Positions 18,909-30,417 of a stretch of DNA of 60,245 bases are shown here, piece after piece (position 1 is the first letter of the stretch; every line of letters starts with the position of its first letter). Under the pieces are notes generated by a model that searched no databases, was not told the origin of the DNA, and was given only the letters and a program-made list of their open reading frames with translations. The translations under genes were made by a program, and so were the position numbers. This DNA comes from an uncultured Nitrospina sp. GTDB taxonomy: Bacteria; Nitrospinota; Nitrospinia; Nitrospinales; VA-1. The stretch covers positions 1 to 60,245 of the forward strand of contig CAJWQP010000006.1 in assembly GCA_913045445.1 (NCBI GenBank), given 5' to 3'.

Positions 18909-21133
18909 AGCCAGTCACTCCAACGATCACTCCCGATATGGTTCGCCAGCATGGAATGACGCTGGAAGAATTCCGTCGCATACAGGACCTTTTAGGTCGA
19001 GCGCCGAATGTGACTGAGCTGGGAATATTCTCTGTGATGTGGAGCGAGCATTGCAGTTACAAAAGTTCCCGCTATTATCTGAAAAAACTTCCGACGGAGG
19101 GGCCGCGTGTGTTGCAGGGTCCGGGAGAAAACGCGGGGGTGGTTGATATAGGCGATGGCATGGCGGTGGTGTTTAAAATTGAAAGTCACAACCACCCTTC
19201 TTTCATAGAGCCACGTCAGGGAGCGGCCACAGGAGTTGGGGGAATCCTTCGTGATATTTTCACCATGGGCGCACGCCCCATAGCGTTGATGAACTCTTTA
19301 CGATTTGGCGCGGCGGACCATCCGCGTACCCGATTCCTGGTCAACGGCGTGGTCGATGGGATTTCCAATTACGGTAACTGCACGGGGGTGCCGACTGTCG
19401 GCGGGGAAATTTATTTCGATCCTTGTTACAACGGAAACATTCTGGTCAATGTCTTTTGCCTCGGACTGGTTCCATCGGATAAGATTTTTCTGGGGAATGC
19501 TTCTGGAGTAGGCAATCCGGTTATTTATTTTGGCTCCAAGACAGGACGCGATGGGATTCACGGTGCGAGTATGGCTTCATCGGAATTTGATGAGTCGTCC
19601 GAAGAAAAGCGTCCCACGGTTCAGGTGGGTGATCCTTTTGCAGAAAAACTTTTGATCGAAGCGTGTCTCGAACTCATGAATGAAGACTGGGTGGTGGGTA
19701 TTCAGGATATGGGGGCGGCTGGGCTCACCTGTTCTACTTTTGAAATGGCGGGCCGGGGCGGTACAGGAATTGATCTTGAGTTGTCCAGGGTGCCCAAGCG
19801 GGAAGAGGGGATGACTCCTTATGATATTCTTTTGTCGGAATCCCAGGAGCGGATGCTTGTGGTCGTCCACAAAGGAATGGAAGAGGAGGCACTGGCCCTG
19901 TTTCATAAATGGGACCTTGACGCGGCGATTGTTGGCGAGGTGACGGACAAGCCGGTAGTTCGTATTTTTGAAAATGGGAATGAGGTGGTTAATCTTCCGG
20001 TTGAACTGGTCGTTGACGGTGCTCTGGATCTGAAACGTCCTACGAAAAAACCAGGCTATCTACAAAAAGTTGATCATGTCAACCTCGCGGATGTTCCTGA
20101 CCTGGCGCGCGGGGACGAGACTTTGAAGAAGCTTCTTGCATCGCCCAACATAGCAAACAAACATTGGGTCTATGAGCAATATGACCATATGGTGCGACTG
20201 AACACGCTGGGTTTGCCGGGTTCCGATGCCGCTGTGCTCAGAGTAAAGGGGACTAAAAAAGCGTTGGCCCTGTCGGTTGATTGCAACAGCAGGTATTGTT
20301 ATTTGGACCCTTTTCATGGCGCACAGATAGCTGTAGCGGAATGCGTGCGTAATATTGTGTGCTCCGGCGGAGGGCCGATTGGTTTGACCAATTGCCTTAA
20401 CTTTGGGAATCCGGAAAAGCCGGAAATCATGTGGCAGTTTGAGCAGGCTGTGTCCGGGATGGGCGAAGCGTGCAAGTTTTTTAATATTCCGGTGGTCAGT
20501 GGTAATGTCAGTCTTTATAATGAAACTATTGGAGAAGCGATTTACCCAACGCCGACTGTGGCGGTGGTGGGGTTGCTGGAGGACCGCACGTATCACACCA
20601 CCCAATGGTTCAAAGAAGAAGGAGACCTCGTGGGTCTGATAGGACTCACCATGGAAGAGTTGGGGGGGAGCGAATACCTGAGTGTCATGTGTGAACGGGT
20701 TGAGGGCAAACCACCTTATTTGGATCTTCCGTTGGCCCGCACGATCAACAACCTGTGTTTGTCATTGATTAAAGACGGGCTAGCCGTTTCGGCACACGAT
20801 TGCTCAGAGGGAGGGCTGGGGGTCGCATTGGCGGAGTCATGCATCAGCCATCCCCATGCTCCAACAGGGGCGGTGCTGGATGTTGAATCGACGATCAGAA
20901 ATGATGCCTGTCTCTTTGGTGAATCGCAATCGCGGATACTGGTTTCCTTTTCTGCAGAGAGCAGGACAGCTGTGGAAGAAAAAGCGAAAGCCGTGGGGGT
21001 GCCTTTCAAAGTGATAGGCAAGGTGGGAGGTGACTCTCTGGTCGTGAACGTCAATGGAGAAGAATTTATAAACGAGGAAGTTTCCCATTTGAAAAAGCTA
21101 TGGATGGGGGCCCTGGAATCTTATGTTAGATAA
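18905..21133 (+). CDS. purL: FGAM synthase subunit PurL
   Basis: [47 protein letters not shown]. Confidence 0.98.
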   Translation: MKPVTPTITPDMVRQHGMTLEEFRRIQDLLGRAPNVTELGIFSVMWSEHCSYKSSRYYLKKLPTEGPRVLQGPGENAGVVDIGDGMAVVFKIESHNHPSFIEPRQGAATGVGGILRDIFTMGARPIALMNSLRFGAADHPRTRFLVNGVVDGISNYGNCTGVPTVGGEIYFDPCYNGNILVNVFCLGLVPSDKIFLGNASGVGNPVIYFGSKTGRDGIHGASMASSEFDESSEEKRPTVQVGDPFAEKLLIEACLELMNEDWVVGIQDMGAAGLTCSTFEMAGRGGTGIDLELSRVPKREEGMTPYDILLSESQERMLVVVHKGMEEEALALFHKWDLDAAIVGEVTDKPVVRIFENGNEVVNLPVELVVDGALDLKRPTKKPGYLQKVDHVNLADVPDLARGDETLKKLLASPNIANKHWVYEQYDHMVRLNTLGLPGSDAAVLRVKGTKKALALSVDCNSRYCYLDPFHGAQIAVAECVRNIVCSGGGPIGLTNCLNFGNPEKPEIMWQFEQAVSGMGEACKFFNIPVVSGNVSLYNETIGEAIYPTPTVAVVGLLEDRTYHTTQWFKEEGDLVGLIGLTMEELGGSEYLSVMCERVEGKPPYLDLPLARTINNLCLSLIKDGLAVSAHDCSEGGLGVALAESCISHPHAPTGAVLDVESTIRNDACLFGESQSRILVSFSAESRTAVEEKAKAVGVPFKVIGKVGGDSLVVNVNGEEFINEEVSHLKKLWMGALESYVR

Positions 21134-22523
21134 ATTTCATGACGAATGCGGGGTGGTCGGCGTCTTCGGTCATCCCGATGCCGCGAATCTGGTTTATCTG
21201 GGCCTTTATGCTTTACAGCATAGAGGTCAGGAGAGCGCAGGTATCGTTGCGTCTAACAATGGGAAGATGCATCTTGAAGTGGGGATGGGGTTGGTGGCGG
21301 ATGTGTTCAGCGATGCGCGTCTCAAGAAACTTCCTGGAAATTTGGCGATAGGGCATAACAGATATTCAACGACGGGTGTCAGCAGATTGAAAAATGCTCA
21401 GCCGTGTCTCATAGAATACGCAGGCGGAACGATGGCCATGGGCCACAATGGGAACCTGGTCAATGCCCCGAAGATTCGTAAAGAGTTGGGAGAGGAAGGC
21501 GCGATTTTTCAATCCACCAACGACAGCGAAGTGGTGGTCCACCTGATGGCGCAATCGCGCCGCAATACATTTATTGATCGTGCGGTCGCCGCTTTTTCCC
21601 AGGTACAAGGCGCCTATTCAATCGTGTTGATGAGCGAGAATGAGCTCGTTGCCGCACGAGACCCGAATGGATTCCGCCCGTTGTGTCTGGGTAAGATCGA
21701 TGGAGCTTATATTGTCGCTTCTGAATCCTGTGTGATGAATCTTGTCGAAGCAGAATATATTCGCGAGTTGGAACCGGGCGAATTGATTCTCATCAATAAA
21801 TTCGGAATAAAATCATTTTTTCCCTTCCAGAAAAGCCCCACCACGCAATGTGTGTTTGAGCACATTTATTTTTCGAGGCCGGATAGTCATTTGTTCGGTA
21901 AGCCTGTTTATTCTGCACGCAAGCTCATGGGACGGGCCTTGGCCGGAGGAAACCCGGTAGAGGCTGATGTGGTGGTTCCTGTCCCCGACTCCGGGGTGAT
22001 TTCTGCAATGGGTTATTCTGAAGAATCTGGAATTCCTTTTCAAATGGGATTGATTCGCAACCACTATGTAGGTCGAACTTTTATTGAGCCGCGTTCACAG
22101 ATTCGTAATTTTGGTGTGAAAATTAAATTGAATGCTGTCGAAAGTGTTATAAGGGACAAGCGGGTTATTATTATTGATGACTCCATTGTGCGGGGTACAA
22201 CGAGTAAAAAAATCGTCAAGATGTTACGCGAAGTTGGCGCTAAAGAGATTCATGTTCGAATCAGTTCACCGCCTACCACCTATTCCTGTTTTTACGGTAT
22301 CGACACACCCACCAAGGAGGAGTTGATTGCATCCAATATGGACCTTGAGCAGACTCGTGAATATCTTGGTGCCGATTCACTGCATTATCTGGGTTTGGAA
22401 AAAATGCTGGATGTGTTTGGTGATGATCGGGAGAAATTTTGTTCCGCCTGCTTCAACGGTTGTTATCCCATCAAAGTAGATGACCCTGATGAAGATTCCC
22501 CCCAGTTAGGTCTGTTTGAATAG
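21123..22523 (+). CDS. purF: Amidophosphoribosyltransferase
   Basis: ECGVVG N-terminal nucleophile, [29 protein letters not shown]. Confidence 0.98.
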   Translation: MLDKFHDECGVVGVFGHPDAANLVYLGLYALQHRGQESAGIVASNNGKMHLEVGMGLVADVFSDARLKKLPGNLAIGHNRYSTTGVSRLKNAQPCLIEYAGGTMAMGHNGNLVNAPKIRKELGEEGAIFQSTNDSEVVVHLMAQSRRNTFIDRAVAAFSQVQGAYSIVLMSENELVAARDPNGFRPLCLGKIDGAYIVASESCVMNLVEAEYIRELEPGELILINKFGIKSFFPFQKSPTTQCVFEHIYFSRPDSHLFGKPVYSARKLMGRALAGGNPVEADVVVPVPDSGVISAMGYSEESGIPFQMGLIRNHYVGRTFIEPRSQIRNFGVKIKLNAVESVIRDKRVIIIDDSIVRGTTSKKIVKMLREVGAKEIHVRISSPPTTYSCFYGIDTPTKEELIASNMDLEQTREYLGADSLHYLGLEKMLDVFGDDREKFCSACFNGCYPIKVDDPDEDSPQLGLFE

Positions 22524-22536
22524 AAAACCGCCTCGC

Positions 22537-25281
22537 CTACTCTTCGGTGCTTTTTTTCACAACGGTCGCGGAGTCCAGGGCCCTGCCGAGAGCTTCCATG
22601 TCCTCATTATGGTCGGATAACTTCTTGTTCATTTCTTCCTGCCGTTTCATGGCTCGCCCAAACAAATTTTTGATTGTCTGATAGTCAGACTGTTTCAGTA
22701 TGATATTTCCCGATGGTTTGGGGCTGGCGTCCACCAACTGGACGGCATCTTTTTCAGCAGTCATTGAGCTGGGAAGGGATTCCAGGGCACTCTCGCCAAA
22801 AATTTCAGCGAGCGCTTTTTCCAGAGTGCTTTCCATGGCTATCCTGTCTTCATAACCTACGATGACGCGTTTGAGTTCAGGAATTTTCCCGGCATCAGCT
22901 TTTAGGTACAGAGGCCGGACGTAGATCAACGATTCTTCGATGGGAATAACAAGCATGGTACCCTGAATAACTTTTGAGCCTCTTTGATCCCATAATGAGA
23001 TTTGCCGTGAGACTTCTGCGTCCTGATTGATTCTGGCAACGATCTGGTTGGGACCGTAAATCAGTTTTTGCTTTGGGAACGTGTAGGCAACTAATTGGCC
23101 ATAGTTCTCTCCATCGCTTTGTGCCACCATCCATGCAGAGAGATTGCTTTTCCCTCTGGGTGTGAATGGCAACATGAGGATGTATTCTTCCTTGGTATTT
23201 CCCGGAAGTTTCATGATTGTGTAATACGGTTCCATCATTTTATTGTCGATTTCCGGAATTTCCCATTGGTCCTCCTTGTTGTAAAACACCTGCGGCGTTT
23301 TCATGTGATAGGTCGCGTAGATAAATGCCTGAATCGTGAACAGATCTGACGGATACCGGATATGACTCCTTAAATCTTCCGGCATTTCGCTCAGGTCCTT
23401 GAACAATTTCGGGAAAATATTTTTCCATGTGAGAATGACAGGATCATTGGGGTCAGTAATGTAAAATTGCATTGAACCTTCGTAAGCATCAATAACGATT
23501 TTGACAGAGTTCCTCACATAATTGCCAAATCGCGGGATAGTTTGCGAGTAGGGAAACTGGTCGCTCACGGTGTAAGCGTCATAAATCCATTTCATTTTCC
23601 CTTCGGTCACCACAAGATAAGGGTCACTGTCCAACCTTAAAAACGGGACCACCTGGAGTACCCGCTCGGTTATGTTTCGGTACATCAGCACCCTGCTTTC
23701 ACTCTTAATATCCTGCGAAAAGAGAATTTTAAGTGTTTTAAAACGTGCTGCGAGAAGCAACTTCCGTATGAAGGAATCAACCGGGAACCCGCCGCTTCCT
23801 TCGTAATTTTTGTATACATTTTTCTCACCTTCAGGATAGTCAAATTCTTTGGTTCCGGTGTTAACAAAAACATGGTCGTTTGAAAGTTCGCCAAAGTAGA
23901 TTTCTGGTTGTTCCACTTTCAGGTCGACGTTGGATTGAGGTGGAATATCTTTTATGAAAAGTACGGGCATGCCCTGCGGGGTTATCTGATTTACAGGGCT
24001 GAGGGAAACTCCATAGCCATGAGTAAAAGTGAGGTGTTCGTTGATCCATGTGCGATTGGGCAGGTTTTCCGATTGCAATTCGCGAGGGGAAAGCAGGGTT
24101 TGTCTATATTTGCCATCAATGGTATAGCGGTCATTGTCGACCGAATTGAACTGGTAATAAGTTCGTATTTCCTGAATTTGCCCCAGAGTGTCGAGTAAAG
24201 GTTCCTGATCCCACAGGCGGATGTTTTCAATGGTCAGGCTGTTGGCTTGAATAGACTCAGCATTTAACGATTCGGCTCCGGTGAGTCTTTTTGACTCTGT
24301 GGTGTCCAGTCCGTAAGCCTTAAGCGATCCGGCAATGGTGTGTTCAATAAAAGGCGTTTCTTTGATAAGTTCATTTGGGTTGACTACAAAGTTTTGCAGG
24401 ATTTTCGGATAAAAACTTCCAGCAAAATAAATCACTCCAATCCCGGTCAGCGCAAGAACAACTTTTTTCACACCGCGTCCGGTGGCTATAAAGAAGCTGA
24501 GGCCGGCTCCAGCCAGCGACAACCAGGACATGGTGTTGAGTATTGGGAGTTGACCGTAGTAATCGGCGAACCCGATGCCCGTTACCACACCATTTCCCTC
24601 CAACAGCAGGTCATAGCGCTGGAGATGAAATTCCATGGCCATCAGGATAAGAAAATAAAAGACCAGTGAGGACAAGGGCCGCCTGGCTTCCACCTGCATA
24701 ACGATTCCATTGGGTCCCAGGTAAATAAACTGCTTCAGGAAAAAGATGATGCCCGTTCCAATACCAAGAACAACAAAAGCTTCCCATAAAATCGATTTGC
24801 CAAGATTAAGAAACGGTAGAGTGAACAGGTAAAAGGAATAGTCATTGCCAAAAATGGGGTCGGCACTGCCAAAGGGAACGGCTTTGGCATAGAGCTGAAC
24901 GATTTCCCATTTTTGTCCAATGATCAACCCGGTCATCACCGCCAGCACGAGCGGACCAAAAAACATAAGTTTTCTCAGGTTACTGGCTATCAAATCGAGC
25001 AGGGGTAACTCGCGGCGAACAGAATCGGACAGCAGGACAGGGATGTGCGAGCTGTGGTCATACATGCGTTTCAGCGGAAAACAGGTAAAAGTGAAAAAGA
25101 GAACTCCCGCAACCAAACCAAAACCCCATTGCGAAAATACAATAGTCCAGAAAACAGAATCGAATTCATGGTGAGCGAACCATATCCAGTTGAAATAGAA
25201 TCCAATGATTTTCTCGGCGAACATCGAGCCAACCGTAACGATGCCGAGCAGAATGAATAGCCATTTTCTCTGCGTGTTCAT
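22537..25281 (-). CDS. UPF0182 family membrane protein
   Basis: DP.FG.D..FY.F.LP, NIRLWD, DRY, W.N.HL.FTHGYG, NYVRNSVK..IDAY.G. Confidence 0.93.
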   Translation of the reverse strand: MNTQRKWLFILLGIVTVGSMFAEKIIGFYFNWIWFAHHEFDSVFWTIVFSQWGFGLVAGVLFFTFTCFPLKRMYDHSSHIPVLLSDSVRRELPLLDLIASNLRKLMFFGPLVLAVMTGLIIGQKWEIVQLYAKAVPFGSADPIFGNDYSFYLFTLPFLNLGKSILWEAFVVLGIGTGIIFFLKQFIYLGPNGIVMQVEARRPLSSLVFYFLILMAMEFHLQRYDLLLEGNGVVTGIGFADYYGQLPILNTMSWLSLAGAGLSFFIATGRGVKKVVLALTGIGVIYFAGSFYPKILQNFVVNPNELIKETPFIEHTIAGSLKAYGLDTTESKRLTGAESLNAESIQANSLTIENIRLWDQEPLLDTLGQIQEIRTYYQFNSVDNDRYTIDGKYRQTLLSPRELQSENLPNRTWINEHLTFTHGYGVSLSPVNQITPQGMPVLFIKDIPPQSNVDLKVEQPEIYFGELSNDHVFVNTGTKEFDYPEGEKNVYKNYEGSGGFPVDSFIRKLLLAARFKTLKILFSQDIKSESRVLMYRNITERVLQVVPFLRLDSDPYLVVTEGKMKWIYDAYTVSDQFPYSQTIPRFGNYVRNSVKIVIDAYEGSMQFYITDPNDPVILTWKNIFPKLFKDLSEMPEDLRSHIRYPSDLFTIQAFIYATYHMKTPQVFYNKEDQWEIPEIDNKMMEPYYTIMKLPGNTKEEYILMLPFTPRGKSNLSAWMVAQSDGENYGQLVAYTFPKQKLIYGPNQIVARINQDAEVSRQISLWDQRGSKVIQGTMLVIPIEESLIYVRPLYLKADAGKIPELKRVIVGYEDRIAMESTLEKALAEIFGESALESLPSSMTAEKDAVQLVDASPKPSGNIILKQSDYQTIKNLFGRAMKRQEEMNKKLSDHNEDMEALGRALDSATVVKKSTEE

Positions 25282-25377
25282 GAGTTTTCCTTCAATAAAT
25301 TTTCCGTTTTCTTTGTGAGTTCATGAGTGCTTCTTTGCAAAACTCTTCATTTCCTCTGAGCGTTTTCGAGTGCTTCT

Positions 25378-25932
25378 TTAAGATGTTATCCATTTGATCG
25401 AACAGCCCATGGAAGGGATCTGTTCGCTGGAAACCGGTTGTCCGGCGATTATATTTTCCAGGGCCGATTTTAAATCCTGCCGGGTCACCTTTTCCGGGTG
25501 TTCCCAGTTGTCATCGATTCGGCCACGGTAAAGTAGTTTTCGTTCTTTGCCGTAGACATACAAGTCGGGAGTACAAACGGCATCGTACGCCTTGGCTGTT
25601 TCCTGGCTGGGGTCCATCAGATAAGGGAAAGGAAATCCCTTTTCTTTTGCCAGCGCTTTCATGTTGTCCAGCGAATCGTCAGGATACCGAACTGTGTCAT
25701 TGGGATTGATTCCAACCAGCTGGACTCCGCGATCAGAGAATTCATTCTGCAGATCAATCAGTCGTTTTAGAACTGCTTTTACATAGGGGCAATGATTGCA
25801 CATGAATATGATGACCAGAACATCCCGGCCGGAGAAGCTGTCCAGCGAATATGTTTTGCCATCGGTTCCTTCAAGTGCAAAATCATAGGCGGGGGTTCCC
25901 AGAGAGGTCATAGTGGAATTAAGAAGTACCAT
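25378..25932 (-). CDS. Thioredoxin-fold AhpC/TSA-like redoxin
   Basis: CNHCPYV, YP.DS, ACTPD-like AVCTPD, YRGRIDD, GCSIKW. Confidence 0.92.
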   Translation of the reverse strand: MVLLNSTMTSLGTPAYDFALEGTDGKTYSLDSFSGRDVLVIIFMCNHCPYVKAVLKRLIDLQNEFSDRGVQLVGINPNDTVRYPDDSLDNMKALAKEKGFPFPYLMDPSQETAKAYDAVCTPDLYVYGKERKLLYRGRIDDNWEHPEKVTRQDLKSALENIIAGQPVSSEQIPSMGCSIKWITS

Positions 25933-26057
25933 AATAAATAGTCTAAAACGTTTGAGAGACGAAAATTGAAAAGAAACGTTTGGAAAAATGATTATAAAGG
26001 AATGCTAACACGTTTGCGAGCAGGATAGATACTTGAATACGAGAATATAGCGCGCTC

Positions 26058-26954
26058 TTATTCGCTTTTACAGGTCATCCCGGTGACCCGGCAGGTATAG
26101 CAGGCAGAGTGGGCTAATGGAAATGGACGCAACGTTTCTTTGATCGTGCCCCCCATTCTAGCCTGATCGCTATCGACAAGGATTGGGCATACATAGACGC
26201 CCGTTTGTGTTGCCATTCGCGATGTGGAGCATTGCAGGTTGGTGATGTCATAATTTTCAAAACATTTTTCGGTGACATGCTCGTCGTCAGAGTAGTTGCG
26301 CAAGTTTTCCGCCAGGCGACCGATGAGAAACCCCGGAAGAATTTTGAGCCGGGGCTGAGGAACGTTGAGCGATTTCAAAAAACTATTCAGATTGTCTTCC
26401 ATTGCCGCGTCTTTATCTTCTTCCCAGTTTCGAGTCACCGTGAGAACAGGAGAAAACCCGGCGGCGCCCAGATTACGGATTCCTTCGCTCGCCTTTCTAA
26501 AAGCATTTTTGCCTCGGATTAGATTATTTACCTCTTCCTCATAACTTTCCATGCTCACACGAAATTGCAGACGATGCGAGGAACCGTTTTGTATTTCACG
26601 CAGGCGGATTGCTTTTTCGGGAGAGATGAGAGTGCCGTTGGTCAGTACGTCCAATGGACCGCATTCAAGAATGGCGGCAAGAATTTCGAAGATTTCCGGA
26701 TTCATAAACACTTCGCCGCCAGTGATGTAGTAGTCCTTGACCTCAAGCAGTTTGGATTCTTCCAGCCGCAGGCGGACTTGTCGCAGGCTCATCATTTCAT
26801 GCGTATGATTTTGTGGTCCGCAACTGATGAAACAATGCGTGCACTGCAGGTTGCACAAGGTTCCTCCAACCTGAAGCCATAAAGTCTCCAGGTTTGCCAA
26901 GGGCACTTCGGGAATATTTTTTACCGAAGTCGATTGTTTCTGAGTGGTGTTCAT
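26058..26954 (-). CDS. Radical SAM protein with additional C-terminal cysteines
   Basis: CNLQCTHC (CxxxCxxC), TGGE, LTNGT; C-terminal QC..SR, VYVCPIL, CYTC...GMTC. Confidence 0.9.
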   Translation of the reverse strand: MNTTQKQSTSVKNIPEVPLANLETLWLQVGGTLCNLQCTHCFISCGPQNHTHEMMSLRQVRLRLEESKLLEVKDYYITGGEVFMNPEIFEILAAILECGPLDVLTNGTLISPEKAIRLREIQNGSSHRLQFRVSMESYEEEVNNLIRGKNAFRKASEGIRNLGAAGFSPVLTVTRNWEEDKDAAMEDNLNSFLKSLNVPQPRLKILPGFLIGRLAENLRNYSDDEHVTEKCFENYDITNLQCSTSRMATQTGVYVCPILVDSDQARMGGTIKETLRPFPLAHSACYTCRVTGMTCKSE

Positions 26955-27113
26955 GAATTCAGCCTAGCAAAAGGGAAAGCAACATTTCAAGAAATACTGA
27001 CTAATTCTTTAAAGAGGGTAGCATTTTGAACAGGATGGTATCGGGTATTAAGTCGCGGGGTACAGGAAAACCTTACAACTGGACAAAACCAAAGGAAGCA
27101 CTATTAGGAAACC

Positions 27114-28235
27114 TTATAAGCCAGCCGATTCGTAAGAGTCGTTTACTTTTTTGATGCGCAGTTTCCTGCGCATTGCGGCGAATCCTTCCAGAGCTTTGCG
27201 TCCCAGGGGGGATTTATATACAGGCTTAACGTTCAGTTTGGCCTTGTCTGGCGAGTCAATAAAGAATCTTGTATCCAAAGGAGACATATACCGACAATGA
27301 GGGAAAAGCCACTTCATAGGAAGCCGGGCTTTCCGGACCGCCTCTTCCAGGTAGCTGGCGGCTTCGGCAACTTGTTTGCTTTCCTCTCCAGTGACGATGC
27401 TTGGAGCTATCAGTTTCAACAAAGGCACAACTCCCTTGCCAGTGAGATAATCAATTTTATCTTTCAGTGAATCCAGCGGGCCCGGCTCCAGAAACAGTTC
27501 AGTCCACACCGTTCCCGCCGGGAAAATTCCAGCGGCGTATTCCAGCGCTGTATAGACCAGTGGCGGTGATATGATGTCATCCTTTTTGGCGAAACCAACA
27601 AAACCTTCCAGTGGAAGATTCAGTAAATCGATCCCGGCCGCATAAACCTTGTCCAGGATTTGCTTGTCTTTGGGGGGGAATCCGCGTAATGCCACAAAAG
27701 TACTGAACTCTTTTTTAATGGCTTGCACCACAGGTGCCAGCCGAGTCAGGCCGCGGTCGGGTTCTCGGCAATAGTCCATATTAAGTTGGATGACATCTGC
27801 CGATCCCTCCTCAAAGGCCGATTTAATTACCGAAAGAATTGTTTCCTGTGTCAGGTTGAGGCGGTTCTTTTGTCCTACTGCGCGCAAAAATAAATTCAGG
27901 CAATAACCATCAATACAAGCGTTATCCGATACCGGGGAACGTTTCTGCATCTGTTCCCGCACAAAGTTTGGCAGGGGGACGATGCCCACTTCGACATCCG
28001 TGCCCATGGAATTGAGTTTTAACACACCATCACTCAGTTTAAGCTGAGGCATGCCATCGTCGGCTTCTTTGATCGGCACTTTGACGATGAAATTTTCCGC
28101 GAGGCTCAATGCGATTTCTTCGCCGGGTTGACCATCGCAATAACCACAGGTGACCTCGGAGACATCCCGCACTTCTTGAGGAATGACGAGTCCTTTGCGG
28201 ATCAATTCAAATTTTAGTTGGCCGTAACTTTCCAT
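27114..28235 (-). CDS. Radical-SAM-fold homolog lacking the CxxxCxxC motif
   Basis: Likely start ATG at 28235 just after mpl; segments SAFEEG.AD, D.G...L.P....IK..F.T.VA....PP, D.VYA.G.D and the C-terminal RR.LRI..V.DS..S.GL recall an uncharacterised radical SAM family; no CxxxCxxC anywhere. Confidence 0.6.
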   Translation of the reverse strand: MESYGQLKFELIRKGLVIPQEVRDVSEVTCGYCDGQPGEEIALSLAENFIVKVPIKEADDGMPQLKLSDGVLKLNSMGTDVEVGIVPLPNFVREQMQKRSPVSDNACIDGYCLNLFLRAVGQKNRLNLTQETILSVIKSAFEEGSADVIQLNMDYCREPDRGLTRLAPVVQAIKKEFSTFVALRGFPPKDKQILDKVYAAGIDLLNLPLEGFVGFAKKDDIISPPLVYTALEYAAGIFPAGTVWTELFLEPGPLDSLKDKIDYLTGKGVVPLLKLIAPSIVTGEESKQVAEAASYLEEAVRKARLPMKWLFPHCRYMSPLDTRFFIDSPDKAKLNVKPVYKSPLGRKALEGFAAMRRKLRIKKVNDSYESAGL

Positions 28236-28261
28236 AACATTATTAACGCGAACGCGCTCGA

Positions 28262-29668
28262 CTATAATCGGTCGAGCAGTTTTTGGTGGATTCCTGAGAA
28301 TCCGCCCGAGGACATGATAAGAAAAACGTCTTGAGGGCGGCATTCACCAGCCATTTTATCTACGAGAGCACCCACCTCCGGGATAAAAAATGCATTGCCT
28401 CCATTTTCGTTGATAGATTCGACAACCCGTTTAGGGTCCAGCCGGTCTTCCGGCGGTATTTTACCGGGTGCGAACAGATCAGCAATAATCACCCGGTCTG
28501 CCGTAGCGAAACTCTGCGGCAATTTGTCTTCAAAAATTTTTCTTCTGCAAGTCGCGGAACGAGGTTCGAACACCGCCCACAAACGTTGACCGGGATAAGC
28601 TTCCCGCACGGCTTCCAGAGTCAGCTTTACAGCTGTCGGGTGATGCGCAAAATCGTCTATTACCGTCACGCCATTTTTAACGCCGACAATTTCCTGCCGC
28701 CTTTTGATTCCCTCGAATGTTGCGAATCCTTTTTGCACTTCCTGGGCGGTGAGTCCCAACTTGATGCCCATAGCCGCAACCGCTATTGCATTTTCGACAT
28801 TGTGTCGCCCGATCATCGGCAGATGAAAGGTTGCGATTTTTGAGTCCTTGTGACTCAGAGTAAAATATCCTTCTCCGTTTTTGAATTTATAATCTTCGGC
28901 GACCCAGTCGGCAGAAGAAGAAAATCCATAGGTTTCGACTTCGCAAGAGCCTCCGGTCAGAACGTCTTTCGCATGCGCATCTGAAAAAGCGGTTAAGAGA
29001 AATCCATCCGGATGGATAATGTTTACAAATTTCCGAAATGAATCTTTTATGTGGTCAAGGTCGCGGAATATATCAGCGTGATCGAACTCGACTCCTGTCA
29101 GGATCGATGCAAACGGACTGTAGTGTAAAAACTTGGGCCCTTTATCGAAAAATGCGGTGTCATATTCATCTCCTTCGCTCACGAAGAATTCCCCTTCCGG
29201 GATGGCATGGTTACCGTCAAAATTTTTCATCCACCCACCGACCATGAAACCGGGTTTCCGTTCGGCAGAATGCAACACCCAACTCAGCATGGCTGTAGTG
29301 GTTGTCTTTCCGTGAGTTCCTGCAACGACCAGCGATTTTCGGTTTTGCAGGTAAAACTTTTGTATGGCCTCTGGAAACGAAATATAAGGGATGCCTTTTT
29401 CCAGAACAGCCAGAACCTCCTCATTATCTTTGGACACGGCGTTACCAATGACAACCTTGTCGATGCCATCAGTAATATTTTCACGCCGGTACCCAGGCTT
29501 GATGTCTATCCCGGCCGATTCCAGGAGCGTGCTCATGGGGGGATAGATATTGGAGTCTGACCCTGTGACCCGGTAGCCGGATTTTTGCAACAGTCCGGCA
29601 AGAGAGGCCATTCCGGTACCGCAAATGGCGATCAAATAGATCGATTTTATCTTTTCATTGGAGATCAT
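28262..29668 (-). CDS. mpl: Murein peptide ligase (UDP-MurNAc:tripeptide ligase)
   Basis: ICGTGM, GSD.NIYPPMS, GTHGKTTT, EGDEYDTAFFDKGPKF, EFDHADI, DDFAHHP, EPRS. Confidence 0.95.
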   Translation of the reverse strand: MISNEKIKSIYLIAICGTGMASLAGLLQKSGYRVTGSDSNIYPPMSTLLESAGIDIKPGYRRENITDGIDKVVIGNAVSKDNEEVLAVLEKGIPYISFPEAIQKFYLQNRKSLVVAGTHGKTTTTAMLSWVLHSAERKPGFMVGGWMKNFDGNHAIPEGEFFVSEGDEYDTAFFDKGPKFLHYSPFASILTGVEFDHADIFRDLDHIKDSFRKFVNIIHPDGFLLTAFSDAHAKDVLTGGSCEVETYGFSSSADWVAEDYKFKNGEGYFTLSHKDSKIATFHLPMIGRHNVENAIAVAAMGIKLGLTAQEVQKGFATFEGIKRRQEIVGVKNGVTVIDDFAHHPTAVKLTLEAVREAYPGQRLWAVFEPRSATCRRKIFEDKLPQSFATADRVIIADLFAPGKIPPEDRLDPKRVVESINENGGNAFFIPEVGALVDKMAGECRPQDVFLIMSSGGFSGIHQKLLDRL

Positions 29669-29759
29669 TCCGGGGAATTGTAGGCCTCGTACCCTTTAAA
29701 GTCAAGTCATATCAATGGGTTTGGGGATATGTGGCGGTCTGGAGGAGATATTTGTTTAT

Positions 29760-30404
29760 TTAAATGAATAATAATTTTAATTGAGATAGATCGTCAATTA
29801 AATAATCTGGTTTGGAATTGCGAAGGGAACCAGGGTCGCCTAATCCGTAGGTAACGCCACAGGTCGTGACTCCAGCTTGCTTGCCGGTTTCAATATCAAC
29901 GGCACTATCTCCCACCATCAAGACCTTTTGAGCGGGACAGTTGAATTCGTTCATGAGAAGTTGCAGACCTCTGGGGTCGGGTTTTTGCACGTCCAGGCTG
30001 TCACCTCCCAGCACAGAGTCAAAAGGCTCCCGAAACTCAAGCGCTGAAAGAATTTTTTCTATGAACGCTACCGGTTTGTTGGACAGGATCGCGTTTGCTT
30101 TGTGTGAAAAGTGTTCAACAATTTGTCGCCCATTGGGGTAGAAAACGGTCTGATCCAGCAGATGATTATTGTAGTGTTTGCGAAAAAGAGAAACAGCGGT
30201 GTCGGTGTCGTTGCAACCGGAACCCTTCAGAGAGCGGGTCATGAGGTTGACCACGCCGCTCCCTACATTACCGCGAATGGTTTCCCGACTTAAGGTGGTC
30301 AATTCCATTTCCGCGAGAGCGAGATTGACCGAGTCGGCTATATCGGCCAGGGTATCGACTAGTGTGCCATCGAAATCGTAGACAATAAGGGAAATTTTTT
30401 TCAA
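29760..30404 (-). CDS. gph: HAD phosphatase, phosphoglycolate phosphatase-like
   Basis: DFDGTL, SNKP, KPDP, MVGDS..DI..G. Confidence 0.8.
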   Translation of the reverse strand: MKKISLIVYDFDGTLVDTLADIADSVNLALAEMELTTLSRETIRGNVGSGVVNLMTRSLKGSGCNDTDTAVSLFRKHYNNHLLDQTVFYPNGRQIVEHFSHKANAILSNKPVAFIEKILSALEFREPFDSVLGGDSLDVQKPDPRGLQLLMNEFNCPAQKVLMVGDSAVDIETGKQAGVTTCGVTYGLGDPGSLRNSKPDYLIDDLSQLKLLFI

Positions 30405-30417
30405 GGTGACAGAGTGG

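Noticed and set aside
28236-28343. 36-aa N-terminal extension of ORF 27114..28343
   Set aside because: Overlaps the mpl 3' end; ATG 28235 is the more plausible start.
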